DNA from: Schizochytrium sp. TIO01
Taxonomy: Eukaryota > Protista > Bigyra: Labyrinthulomycetes
Assembly: GCA_004764695.1 (NCBI GenBank)
Contig: SMSO01000033.1
Span: 2,294,001-2,358,000 of the forward strand
DNA length: 64,000 nt
Direction of reading: 5' to 3'
The notes beneath the pieces were generated by a model. It worked only from the letters and a program-made list of their open reading frames with translations. It ran no database searches and was not told where the DNA came from. Positions 36,887 through 48,895 of this stretch are shown here, piece after piece (positions within the stretch are counted from its first letter, which is position 1; each line of letters opens with the position of its first letter). Both the position numbers and the translations under genes were made by a program.

Positions 36887-37948
36887 TTACTCCTTGTCGA
36901 GAGTGTATTTGTCCTGGGAATCAAAGCCGTTCTCCATCATACTCTCGTAGGTACCCTCAACCATTTCACGAACTGAGCGGTACTCGCCGAGACCAAGACC
37001 ACCCTCTTCGGTAGGTTTCAAGGAATTTTGCACATCATACTTGGTCTGGTGCGGAGGAGGTGCGCCGGAAGATGCCGATGGGATCTTGGGATCCAATTCA
37101 GTAGGCAGTTTAGCTTTTTGCTCCTCGCTAACCTTGTCTGAGGTCCGCAAAACATCCACAATTTCTGTGAGCATCGGAGCAGCACCGATGAGAAGATAAC
37201 GGTGACCCCAACCCTTCCAATCGAGACCCATTTGGGCAGCCATGACGTGAGCGCGAGCCACGTCTCGCACATCCGTGATGGTCGAGCTCTGTTGCTTGAT
37301 CTTGGAAGCTTTGAAGTATCCCAGCAAAGAGTTGCAGCTGGTATTGAGATGCGTCTGCCCAGGAAGCATGGGACCATAGATCAGTGAAGGGTTAATAGTA
37401 GCCAGCTTAAACGGACAACCTTCTGTATTGGCCTTGTCCCATGCAAGACGCTCAGCAAGCAACTTGGAGAGGGCGTAGTAGTTCTTCTTCTCCTCTAGGA
37501 GATCAGCATCAGACCAATCATCGTCAGAAAAGACGTATTCAGGCTCTTTGGTACCGTACGCCATATAAACACAGGCAATGGATCCGGTAAGGACAACCTT
37601 TTCCACGCCAAGCGAAGAGCAGGCCTGCAGGACCGTCTCAGTGCCCTGTACCGCTGGCTCAATCAACTTCTGGCGACCATCTTCGGTATCGATGCGAATG
37701 AAAGGGGATGCTGTGTGGATGACAGTTTTACAACCGCGAATAGCCTCATCAAAGGAGCCTTGTTTGGTCAAATCACACCCAGAAAACAGCTTGAGGCGGT
37801 CTTTAGCGCCCTCCAAGTTCTGCAAAAATCCAGCCTTGTTCTCGCTACGCAGAGTTGCGTGAACAATGAAGCCTGCATCCAAGGCATACTTGACAACCCA
37901 AGACCCGAGGAAGCCCGTGCAACCGGTGACACAGATCTTCTCAGCCAT
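36887..37948 (-). CDS. NAD(P)-dependent extended SDR, cinnamoyl-CoA reductase/dihydroflavonol reductase-like
   Basis: CVTGCTGFLGSW, VIHTASP, YALSKLLAE, DVRDVARAH. Confidence 0.92.
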   Translation of the reverse strand: MAEKICVTGCTGFLGSWVVKYALDAGFIVHATLRSENKAGFLQNLEGAKDRLKLFSGCDLTKQGSFDEAIRGCKTVIHTASPFIRIDTEDGRQKLIEPAVQGTETVLQACSSLGVEKVVLTGSIACVYMAYGTKEPEYVFSDDDWSDADLLEEKKNYYALSKLLAERLAWDKANTEGCPFKLATINPSLIYGPMLPGQTHLNTSCNSLLGYFKASKIKQQSSTITDVRDVARAHVMAAQMGLDWKGWGHRYLLIGAAPMLTEIVDVLRTSDKVSEEQKAKLPTELDPKIPSASSGAPPPHQTKYDVQNSLKPTEEGGLGLGEYRSVREMVEGTYESMMENGFDSQDKYTLDKE

Positions 37949-39107
37949 GATGACTTCTCTTCTTTGCTTCCTTCGACAGAAACAACCACAATGTCAGCTC
38001 AGACCCAGAATTGACCAATCAAAGTATTTGAGGTTTGCTGGAGCCAATACGTCAAAACAACAGCACAATGAGACTAACTAATTCGATTAGAAACCCCCTA
38101 GTGTGCTTCAACAAGTGTCCGCTTGCTTCTTCTGTGCCTTCGTCGCTTTTCGCAATGTCAGAGTCCAGGAAGCTTTCCTGAGATGGCGAATTCCCAGTAC
38201 CTAAAACCTCCTCAGAAAACAGCGCGAGCAGGCGAAAGTACCACCACCAGAAGAGGTCCGTTGATCGCAAAATACCAGGTTCCTCAGGATCCTTGGTTTA
38301 ATCTGGTTTGTATTCTGGATACGCTCGGCGAGCAAGAGATGCATGCGCCAAGAAGTAGGGAGTGGTACTTGGTATCCATATTTTCTTTTTTCACAGCTCT
38401 AAAAAGCAAGAGGGAGCAATTGCACAAATACCAGACTAAGGATCATCACGATCACAAACGCTTCGACTAAGACCCTCCAATAGCAAAGAAAAAGTATCGC
38501 TTGAAGTGACTTATTCAACGTAACTCAATTGAAGTGTGACCCTGAGGCCAAGCTCAGCGTCTTGACCTCTGTTTGACCAAGGTTTTCAGAGGCACAAGCA
38601 TTGAGAAGGAATCAGTAGATGGCTTTCTTCTGCTCATCGTATGCAGGCAGCGTGAATCTCTGGACCTGACAGAAATAAGGGACCAGGAAGATCTGAGAGG
38701 CGCATCATCAACATCTTCCGATCGCGGCGGCACAAAGCTCCACCGAGAGATCTTGGTATGCCTCTAAAGCTGCCTTCTTCTGTTCGCACTTGATACTTCG
38801 GGAAGCGTACCTTTAGCAGCAGCATTCCTGAGATTGATCATGGTCACGGCCGGAAACCATGAAGATCATGCACGCTTTTAAGTTGCATTTTTTACTTCCT
38901 TTTTCCAGGTGTTTCATAAATCATTGGTGGCATACGCAGAGTGGTAGTACCTAGGGTTCAATTTTGGTATAGAAGTGCGTGCACGCCCATAGTCAGAGAT
39001 GCTCCCGTCAATGCTTTGCGCTGAGGTAGAAACTCAAGTCCGAGCAATCGCTCAAACCCAGGAAGTGCGTGAACTCTAACTAGTCAGAGGTGGCCCTTTT
39101 GCTTAGG

Positions 39108-39164
39108 ACATACATACATACATACATACATACATACATACATACATACATACATACATACATA
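39108..39164. repeat. (ACAT)n microsatellite
   Basis: Direct reading. Confidence 0.95.
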
Positions 39165-40990
39165 CGATCGATCAATCACATGCGTATGCACAAGAAAGTG
39201 CATACCGTGCACAGCATAGAGATCCTAATGTAATGCAAGCGAGTGTACATTTTGTGGCCGCCATGCGTATACATCGAGCAGATGCGCGTGTGCAGGAAAA
39301 TGCGTGAGTAGCATTACGAAATCAGTCTAGGGACAAGAGCCGTACCGGTGAGATCCTAGTACAATATCTGAATGCAAGTGCAGATATTGTGGCTGCTTTG
39401 CGCGCTCACCGACAACTTGCAACGATCCAAGAAGAAGCATGCGCCGCATTACAACGTCTTCCTTATTTCAACAATCGCGATAAGATCTAGATGTAACCAT
39501 AGAGATTGTGACTGTAATGAACTTACATCGTACAGATACGGAAATTCGAGAACAAGCTCGTGCGGTTCTTCAGGACTTGACGCATAACTAGAAAGTAGAG
39601 ATGATCTAGAGTGGTACCCGAGGGGCAATTTTGATAGTTTGGCGAAAACCCCCGTCATTGATGATTTGTCAGCAAATTTCTGCAAAGCTGGAATTCGGTA
39701 CTCTTCCCTTTGAGAGAGTGATAAATGGCCAACTTAAAATCGCACTTTATGAGCAGCTTTGTGGGGTCTTCCTGTAGATAGTTGGATTTCAAATGTTGTT
39801 TTGATTTGAATCGCAATCACGTGAAGTAGTATTAGAAGGATATATATCTGAAGAAAGAAGTAAACGTATCATCACACGTGCATTTGGGAATTCCTCTGTA
39901 AATTGGATACTCAGGTATTCGCTTGGAAGAACAGAGAAGCGGAACCTTGAAAGTTGGAAAGATAACAGTTGCGAGGCTATAGATTAGAAGATAAATTTTC
40001 AACTTACTTCTAAATTGTGGTCGTAAATTACTGATGCGCTCTGCCGAGCTCGAGGTTATGACGCTTCCCAGAGAGTATAAGCATCCTCAATCGCATGGGA
40101 GGTCTTAATATTAGAATCTGAGCGACCCACTAAAAAAAAAGACGGCTCAGTCAAAATCCATACCCGTCAACAGCTAGCAAAGAGCCTTTTAAATAGAAAG
40201 CGGGACCTTTGAACAATAGGATAACGAAGGATTTCTCAGACGTGCTGATTTCTGCAAAGGAAAATAGACTCGGCACATGTTTTCTACATACAGGAAGATG
40301 TGAGATTGCAATAGTACGAGAGACAAAGAAAGGATAATCCTCCTCATCCAACTCTACTAGAAAAACACAAACTTTAATACCAGAGAAACAGTTGTAGTTA
40401 TAGACGCTGTTCCTTTAGAGAAGCCTCTCTTCGCGGGTGTCATTGATCCTCCATCTACCTTTGCACAGTCCGCAGACAGGACAAATAAGGATCTCCATTC
40501 AACATCGGATGGGTCCAATATATAGACTTCTTTTATAAGAGCTGACCTTACTTAAATGAGCGACCTTTGAGAGACCAAAATCCATCACCATAATCAGGTA
40601 TACTCCTGAGGATGTCATGAAAATTAGAAGAATTTTGAGATATTTCCTCCCTCAGCTGCTTATTCATTGGTGCAGTTCAAATATTTCTCTATAGTCGTTA
40701 TTCAATGTAGCCAGAAGTTGCTACTTGTTTTCTTTCAGCAGAAACAAAATGCAGGCCTCCTATAACTATTTTTAGAATTGACAACGTTGTAAATGCAGGT
40801 GCTAGAGTATTCATTTCAGAAAAACAAGATTGATCAGTTTGTAAGTGAAATTCATTTTAATTTGCGGATACGTTTTGAATTTTCCTGAGCGGGGGGGGGG
40901 GCATATACTAGCGGCACATATGCATGAAACATCTATATATTTCATTTCTGAATAGCGCTAAAGATGTAACACAGTCGTACACATGATCAT

Positions 40991-41791
40991 CTATTCATCT
41001 TTCTTTTTGACAAGAGGTGGGTCTGGAAAGGATTTCATATTTTGATCTGCAGCTGAATCCCAGTCAAGAAAACCTTCAACATGGGGGAAGTGTTCAGGTT
41101 TATTTTCCAAAAGACGTTTGATTGTCTCGTCAGTAACACCGTATGACGCAAGTACATCAGATGGGGTCAGAGTCATGCCGCGTTTAGGTGGCATGATGAT
41201 TGCACGCACTAAAGCTTGGGCATAAACAATATCAGGCTTGTCGGTTGATTTAGCAACTGGGCTTGTAAATGTATGGGTCATGTACATCCAGCGATCATCA
41301 ATTGAGTCTACTATGGTCCAGACTTGGTACTTGGCAAGAGGAGGGATAGCACGCTGTGAAAGTTGGTACGACGATAATCATGGTATAAATGTGCGCAAGA
41401 TACATGGAATGCAATCAAATTTATGCCATAAAGCAGTCAGTTAGTTTAAGACGAGGTGCTTAAAACCACAAAACACAATTTTAAAACTTACTCGGTAGCG
41501 AAAACTTTGTGAGCCAACGATGAAAGACCACTTGTTCTGGATAACAGTGCCTAACAGACCATTTAGACCGCAAAGATGCCAGCGTGCAAGCTCACCCATG
41601 TACACGTAGCTTGAATTGTTTACATGGCCATTGATATCACAATCCCAAAGATTAGCTCTAGCGTTCATAACATGAAACTCGCCTGTACCAATCTCAGAAA
41701 GCTTTTGGAAAGACTCTCGCGTGCCCCATCGCTTCGTGATTAAACGCGAAGCTATGCCTGAGATAGCAGCATACAGCGCGCGAAATACCAT
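40991..41791 (-). CDS. Hotdog-fold thioesterase, THEM6/4HBT-like; exons 41791-41492 and 41353-40991
   Basis: DCDINGHVNNSSY motif. A GTAAGT...CACAG intron (41491-41354) gives SFRYRRAIPPLAKYQVWT...DDRWMYMTHTF. Confidence 0.88.
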
Positions 41792-43561
41792 TTTGGTGTA
41801 GTTTCCTTAGCAGCCCTATCTATTTTTAAAGGCAAACAGCCCGCAACAAAATACATCAACACAGTTTGTGATTTGCATGCAAACTTTGATTTCTCGTGAG
41901 TTTTCCTTTGCTTTAGAATTAATTTTTATGTAACAAACAACACCGTCAAATCCGTTTACTATATTTTCGCACAGGTAAGAACCACCGAGATATTAGGTTT
42001 TCCCTTTACTTACCCAAGCCTGGCTTGGAGTAGGGTTTTCTGTTGGGTCTGGACCACGCTAGAGAGCATCTAAGTCCTTTGCCCGCATCTCGCAATAACT
42101 AGGCAAAGAGTGTTATTTTTGTGCGTGTCCTACTTTAGCTTCTCGGTTTTGTTGTCACCGCCCATAAAGGTGTCATCGCGAACCCTCAAAGCAAAGACTG
42201 ATGCATCCTAAACCCATTAGACTACGGTGAAACTACTTCGGTGTAAGTTGCTTTCTCTGCCAGCTGTCAGAAGTCTAGCAGCGAAAAGCCACCCTCACGT
42301 ACCTGCCTAAAACCAATCTGTGTTCTTCAGTGTCTGTTGCGTGAGATCCTCACTCTACAACTAAAGCCCTTCTCTATCGCGACGGTGATGACGATGATGC
42401 AACTGTAAAATGAAAAGGAAAGGGTGAAATACTTTCTTTTTCTAGTGACTCTCAAAAATCCAATCCCAATTTGGAGCAAACAAACAAATAAATTTCTATT
42501 TTTCATTTATTTTAAAATTTTAATTAACACTATTGAACTTTATTCGATTATAAAGAATAAAATTAAAATAGACACAATGAGTGTGAGTGAGTAATTGCAA
42601 ACTTCCCGGCACGAAAAGTGCAATTCCTGCAGCGAAATTTATTTATGCAAATTGCAATTGTTGATCTAAGGCATGCTTAGAAGCTCAATCGCTGAGCTTG
42701 CCTAGTTTTCGAGGCGACAGAAATTAATCTGCCTGCTAAGATGGCCTTTTCACTACTTCTAACTAGAGATCTACTTTAGGCGGTAAGGTTGGTGAGAAAT
42801 TTTCATTGCGGGCTATTTGTTGTAATTAACCTGCAGGCAGTTCTACGTTCGTAGGTATTTCCGCACGTTCTACCTTTTCTGACATACTACATATTATACA
42901 TAAGCGATTGCTTTAGCTTCAGTTTTTACCAAGGTCAAAGAATTGATAGGAGTAGCTCTTGACTATAGAGAGTGCGCGTGTTGCGCGCGAAATAGGGATT
43001 TGGAAATCATGCGCAGAAAAAGGTATTGCTCTGTATCAATAATCGAGTTGTACTCTGGCTAACCCCTTACTCGTTATGACACAGCTACTAGGAATTTTTG
43101 CTTTGTTATCATAGGCACCTATGGCGATTGCCACCTGCAGCTAAAATCAGTCAGCTTATATGCACTGTTAATATAGAAAATATGACGAAATAAATGAATC
43201 TTCGAATCTAATAAATATTTTGAACGGTTTTTGCAATGTACCATAGAAGACTAACAAGAAAAAACTCCAAGGCGTTGATGACTCAACAGGATAAACATAA
43301 TATGATTGTGAAGTTTCAATTTAGAAGGTAGCTTCGTCGTACGTACAAAGAGGATTGAGATAACTCTCAACCTAAGTGCCTAAATAATTTTGTACAAATC
43401 CGCCCGAGATGTGATAACGTAACTCTCAAGCAGTCGGCCCTGTTGAAATAGTGTGATCAAGGCTTTATAAGGAGCAAAGGAAGGAGAGGAGATGATTTAA
43501 AATCAAAAGACGCAGGATACCATAATTGCAATTAATCCGAAAAAGGGACTTTTCTCTGATT

Positions 43562-44428
43562 TTACGCAATTTGAGTAGGCGGGCTCGCACTATCGCTCAT
43601 ACTAGATGAGGCTGGCGGTAGTGGAAAATGAGCAAGAACACTATCGATGACCGAGGCATGCTGCCGAAGATCCAGACCGAGGCCGGCACCCCATTTGATG
43701 AGTGTGCCGCTTTTGATCGGCTGGGCAGGGTTTACTCTGAGCATGTCATTCGCTGCGGAGAGGAGGACTAACAAACCTGCCCGAATACCGACATCGTCAT
43801 GGACGAGGACCGGTGTTTCCATTTGAGAAAGCTTATCAAGCGCGCGCAAAAGGTTTTGCTCAGTGAGCACATAAATGGGAAGGGCAGCATATTGGACGCC
43901 TGCTGATGTACAAATGGGCTCCTCGTTAGAGGAATAGGCCGGGGAATCTGGCCGTAAAATATTAAGAACGCTGGTGACCCCAAAGCTCTTAAGACATTCT
44001 AGCTGACGAGCCGTTGGTTGCGCAGAAAAGGCAAGGCCATCAGTGACCTTCATTAGCGAAGCATCTGGTGGGGGTGGGAACGCCGGGCTCGGGGCAGGCT
44101 GAACAGCGAGATCTAGTAGCTGCTTTCGCAGAACGTTGTAGCCACTCTCACAGGTTGCGTCAAGCGCCAAAAAGGTCTTAGCATCGCCAATGTAAGTTTC
44201 ATTAAAGAATACATGGGGTACGGTGAAGGTCCCAGTACGGCGTACACAAAAGGCAGCGTATGCTGTTTCCTTGTCGCAATCGATCGTCTTAATGTCAATG
44301 TGCGCCTCCACATCAGGTCGCGTTTGCTGGAGCTCTTCAAGAACACAACCGCGAAACTTTTCGATCATTGCTAGCACACGCTTGCAGTATACGCAGTTAT
44401 CCTTCTCAAAAATGGTAATCTGACCCAT
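43562..44428 (-). CDS. Glutaredoxin (CVYC) fused to a DUF442/PTP-fold domain lacking the catalytic Cys
   Basis: N-terminus GQITIFEKDNCVYC...TVPHVFFNETYIG; C-terminus SAQPT...GVTSVLNILRP...PVLVHDDVGIRAG. Confidence 0.85.
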   Translation of the reverse strand: MGQITIFEKDNCVYCKRVLAMIEKFRGCVLEELQQTRPDVEAHIDIKTIDCDKETAYAAFCVRRTGTFTVPHVFFNETYIGDAKTFLALDATCESGYNVLRKQLLDLAVQPAPSPAFPPPPDASLMKVTDGLAFSAQPTARQLECLKSFGVTSVLNILRPDSPAYSSNEEPICTSAGVQYAALPIYVLTEQNLLRALDKLSQMETPVLVHDDVGIRAGLLVLLSAANDMLRVNPAQPIKSGTLIKWGAGLGLDLRQHASVIDSVLAHFPLPPASSSMSDSASPPTQIA

Positions 44429-45519
44429 TTTGTTCAAGAACCAATTACTCGGCAAGGCAATAACTAGCGGAGCAAATTACAACCAGCACAGCTTCCACTA
44501 AGACTTTATGTTTTCACAACCCGACGAAAGGTGAAGCACCTCGAGTAGCGCTCTGACTTTATACACCGCAATGCCCGTCCAATGAAGAAGCTGATCCTCA
44601 AGTTGCACGAAAACTTTCGGACGTAGCAGCAATTCCGCCGTAGTCAGTCTCCAACAAATAAACGAAGCTTCTATTTAGACGCCCTAGCCGTGCACGAAAA
44701 GTACAAACGTTCAGGCAGGACGAGGGAACCTCAAAGAATCCTGTCTTGGGACGATCTCCCAGATTTACGGTTTTGGACGTCGAGGAGAGAGTGCAGGAAG
44801 AGATCGGGCAGACCCCTCAATTCCCGCTCGATTGGAGTGCACAGTCTCGTTCTGAGACAACAGAGAGGTCACACGGCGGCACCAGTAGCCCACTCTGACT
44901 AGTTCAAGACGTCCAAACCTTACGTTCAGATAGCTCTCAGCCAGAGCCCTTTGGAAGTCAAATTGGCCAAGACTATAAATCAACGAAGGTAGCGCGTGTT
45001 TGTGTACAAACTATACGGCCTTAATGACAAAGAACGCCTCTTTTGCACGTGGCTTTCGTTCCGCTATCAACCTACTGCGAGCCGGGCCGCGCAGTTAACT
45101 TCAGAACTTATCTCCTCGCTGCCTGTCTACCGAAGCCCCCAGAATATGTGAGAGCAATCTTCCGATCGCTTGTTTGATCGCTTAATCGCGTGTTTCTTGC
45201 TTTCTTGTTTCCTGTTTGATTCCTATTTTCTATGCCCACGGAAGCCGTCGCGCGCTGACATCTGAGCGAGCGCTTAAGGCGCACTGAAGTACCTTTATGC
45301 TTAGGTAAACGTCAAATTAAATTTTTCACAGTTATATAGTACAGGCTTTTGTATAAGTGAAGTATATTCGTGTGCAAGTGGAGTATAGATTTTGAAGCAT
45401 GAAAGCATTGATTTTTGGGAGATTCTTGAGATTACCGAGTATATAAAACAAAGTTGCGATCAAATCGAGAACGTGGCTCCGAATGCGCAGCACTGGGGCA
45501 CTTTTCGCTCTTGGTGGTG

Positions 45520-47751
45520 ATGGAGCAAGAGTTGTTTGACCCCCTGGCTGTGCTCGAGCGAGTGCGAGCCTCAGCAGCGACCTCTAGAGACCGAGTTGGC
45601 AGTCATGGAGGTGAAAGAACAGGCTCAAGAACAGCGGTAAACCGTATAAACTCAGACTCAATCCTGCGATTAGGAGCTAACCCCGCCTCGAAAAGCAGTG
45701 AAACAGGTCTTGAGGTTGTTCAAAATGGGTCCAGCCAAAGCAATAGTTGGAAAGCGCCGAAACTGACTACTCAGGGCCGAAATGGATTTTCAGGGCGCAC
45801 TAGAATGTCGTCTTCTACTTCAGAAATGATATCTGCCCGTTCACATTCAGGTAAAACCTTGGATCTTGATGAAGTTGGACGTCTTGGATCACAATTTCTA
45901 GAGAACACTGAAGACCTTGAAGAAGCTTTAGAATTTAATCATAGACTTCAACAGGTTCCTGCAGAGTTGGTGGACAGACCTGTAGGCCCAGCAACGCTTA
46001 TGTCGATAGCAGAGCTGCAGATGGAGCTTGCTCAGGCTCATGCACGATTGGCAGATCAAGAAGTACGTCTGGCAGAGGCATCGGAAGAAAACAAAGCTCT
46101 GCAGACAAAACTCCATAAACACCTCGCTGAAAGGTCGCAGTGGCATCTTGAACGAAGAGAGCTTGAAAACCTGTTGGCGGAGACCAAGGAGCAGCTTGAC
46201 GACGCGCTAGCACAATACCAGCAAGTTCGAGGCGGAACCCCGCGACGCTCAAGTAAAATTGCAGCAAATACATCTTCATCTCTGTCGCTCACTTCCACCA
46301 TGCCTTCAACGACAATGGCAACGAAAGGGAGCTCGAGCGACCGTATCTCAGATCGATACAGTATTGCGCTGGTCGAGCGCCCGGCAAGTTCAGGAGGAAG
46401 GTCTACGGCGTCGCTAGTTCAAAGTGCACGACCCTTGAGCTCCGGTGGTCGTGTGGCCTCACGCCGCCCAACTGCTCAATCTTCAATGAGCAGTCCCCTT
46501 GACTGGGCCTCTGTCGAGGTATCCACAATGCAGTCGGAGACGTATGCACCAAGCGCACGGTCCCGACGACGGTCCGGGTTTGCTGCTTCTGCAGCAACAT
46601 TCCGTGGGAATAACAGTCCTCAGAACCAGAGTTCGCTTTCCGTCGCGACTACGAGTAGCGGGATGAAAATTGAAGCAGCTAGGGCATCTTCACCTCGTCG
46701 AATAGGTAAGCAAGGCGGCCTCCAAGAACAGCAACAGCGACAGCAAGAGAATATAAACACTCAACAAAGTTGGCCTCAAACATTGGGTCAATATGATCAA
46801 CTCGAGGAATTCGAAGCGTTCACTGATGTAGGCAATGATGATGGATTGGACCCCAAGGACATTCGGGATGGAGCAAGACTGACTCAGCTGGGGGTAGAAG
46901 CCGTTGTCTCTCAGACCTCCCAATCATTCAACCCCGAACGATGGACACCTGATACCTTTGCCGATGCTTTCCGAGAGGCGCCAACCCCTGCGTCTAGTGT
47001 ATCTCATAGAATGATGAGTAAACCTAGGCGGGGTAGCTCCTCCACTGGAAGCTTAAAATTGAACGGCAACGTCGGGCAAACATTTAATCCCTTTGATAAT
47101 CCAACTATTGCAGAAGAAACCAGTGGAATGTTTTCGGAATCGCCAGAACGTAGCAAACATAGCGGCCAGACGTCAAACCCATTTGACCGCTCTTCACTTG
47201 CTGCAGAAGAAGATGAACCTTTTCCGTCGTCTCATCGAGGAGGGCCCTCGAGCGAGTCCTCTGTAGGGGGAGGTGTCCAAAAACACCCGTTTATTGGAAC
47301 CGTACGGCGCGGTTCGCTGTTCCGTGAATCCGTATTTCACGTTGAAAATGAACATAGTATTGCACAGAAGCAGAGAACCACGGCAGTATTGGCTGCTGCC
47401 GCAAGTTCTAGCGGTCAGTCAGGTGGTGCAAGCAACCATAGCGGTCGCGCAAATAGAACTAAAGAAACGCATCGCCAGCATAGAATTGGCTCACTATCTT
47501 CCTTTGCCTCTGCTGGCACTTGGCACCGCAGAAGGCTAGAGGGGGACCAGGGCGATACCGCGTCAGAGATTGATTTCCTCGCTGCTTTTCATGAAGAAAG
47601 TGCATCAATAGAAAATGGGACACCCCGCCCGAGCACTGCTGGAGAGGACAGCCATCGCTCGAAGCGATCAACTTCCTCAACGCCAAAATCTCGAAACGGA
47701 TCAGGCTCCAAACCTAGCGTCCGGACAACAATTGATCTTACCGAGAATTGA
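45520..47751 (+). CDS. Hypothetical protein (gene A): coiled coil plus long Ser-rich disordered regions
   Basis: Roughly 743-aa ORF from ATG 45520; heptad region ELQMELAQAHARLADQE...LDDALAQY. Confidence 0.8.
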   Translation: MEQELFDPLAVLERVRASAATSRDRVGSHGGERTGSRTAVNRINSDSILRLGANPASKSSETGLEVVQNGSSQSNSWKAPKLTTQGRNGFSGRTRMSSSTSEMISARSHSGKTLDLDEVGRLGSQFLENTEDLEEALEFNHRLQQVPAELVDRPVGPATLMSIAELQMELAQAHARLADQEVRLAEASEENKALQTKLHKHLAERSQWHLERRELENLLAETKEQLDDALAQYQQVRGGTPRRSSKIAANTSSSLSLTSTMPSTTMATKGSSSDRISDRYSIALVERPASSGGRSTASLVQSARPLSSGGRVASRRPTAQSSMSSPLDWASVEVSTMQSETYAPSARSRRRSGFAASAATFRGNNSPQNQSSLSVATTSSGMKIEAARASSPRRIGKQGGLQEQQQRQQENINTQQSWPQTLGQYDQLEEFEAFTDVGNDDGLDPKDIRDGARLTQLGVEAVVSQTSQSFNPERWTPDTFADAFREAPTPASSVSHRMMSKPRRGSSSTGSLKLNGNVGQTFNPFDNPTIAEETSGMFSESPERSKHSGQTSNPFDRSSLAAEEDEPFPSSHRGGPSSESSVGGGVQKHPFIGTVRRGSLFRESVFHVENEHSIAQKQRTTAVLAAAASSSGQSGGASNHSGRANRTKETHRQHRIGSLSSFASAGTWHRRRLEGDQGDTASEIDFLAAFHEESASIENGTPRPSTAGEDSHRSKRSTSSTPKSRNGSGSKPSVRTTIDLTEN

Positions 47752-47901
47752 GCACAACAAAGTAATGATTTGCAGGAGTACTATACTATTTTGTGCATAC
47801 ATTTCTAAGTATATGCAAACAAGCTCGCGTTGACTTGAGAACATTTATGCGTTAAGATTAGATTTGAGTGTTTTGGAGAGGTATCTATGAGCTATAGAAA
47901 T

Positions 47902-48450
47902 TTACTTTTTCTTGTAAATCTGCTTTTTCTTGATGTTGAGTTTCCCCAAACGCTCTTGCAAGCGCTGCTCATATGCTTGCCTCCAAATTTGTCTGCCCTC
48001 TTCGACCTTTGACAATTTTTTGGAATTAATGTAGAGGTTAGAAAAGGTAGGGGGAGTCCTGGCCCCCATCCCACCCCACTTTAATTGTTTCTTTGTCTCG
48101 CTAAGAAGCCTTTTGTTGAACTGTTCTATGGTCTCAGAATCAACGTCGCGGTTATAAAAGGTCGATCCGGCACAAAGGGCGAACAGAAGAGCAATCACCA
48201 TGTACTCCTTGAAAGGCATTCCATGTGCGAGCACAAGACCAATGCCGATTTGGATTGCAGCAAGTGGCATGAGCATTGGTGCATATACCTTGCACATACC
48301 GAAGCTCAATGCTCCTCGAATGAGGCACCACAGGTCATCAAACTCGCCAGAAATGGTTTCACTAGTCACTTGCAGAATAGGGTTATGGGTTGCAAGGTAT
48401 ACTTGACCTAGAGCGAAAAGGCCAAGACCTGCAAGTTTCGGAGTGGCCAT
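47902..48450 (-). CDS. Hypothetical membrane protein, paralog B1 (short form)
   Basis: Open ORF with N-terminal hydrophobic segments, near-identical to 52286-53152 except in the central region. Confidence 0.6.
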   Translation of the reverse strand: MATPKLAGLGLFALGQVYLATHNPILQVTSETISGEFDDLWCLIRGALSFGMCKVYAPMLMPLAAIQIGIGLVLAHGMPFKEYMVIALLFALCAGSTFYNRDVDSETIEQFNKRLLSETKKQLKWGGMGARTPPTFSNLYINSKKLSKVEEGRQIWRQAYEQRLQERLGKLNIKKKQIYKKK

Positions 48451-48895
48451 CTTGACACTTATTTTGAGATTCACCAAAGTTCTTCGTGAGTAAAACCGCT
48501 ACTCGGGAAATTGCGTCAATCGTCTGGTTTGCGAAGCAAGACTGACCTCAAGGTAATTCAGGGTTCGGGGATGGTCAACGTAAGCAAATGCTGGTTTCCG
48601 CAGGGTAACAGCTTTTGGCTGGAGTGGTTGCACTCGCTTGAGTGTTGCCTATGCGCAAATTCAAGTTGTGGTTCTGTTGCTCTCAGTTTGGAATACACAG
48701 CCTTCGATAGTCTTACCGTTCCCACTACATAACATTTACGTGGGTTGTACGAAACTATCGTACTGTTGCTAACCGAATGGCTCTGTGAGAGTCAAGGAAT
48801 CCAGAACCTACTGCTAGACATATTTTTCAGCGTTGAAGTGATTGATGGATTTTTTTGACAAAGCCTGTAGTGTTGTTAATAGCTTGTCCAATTTC

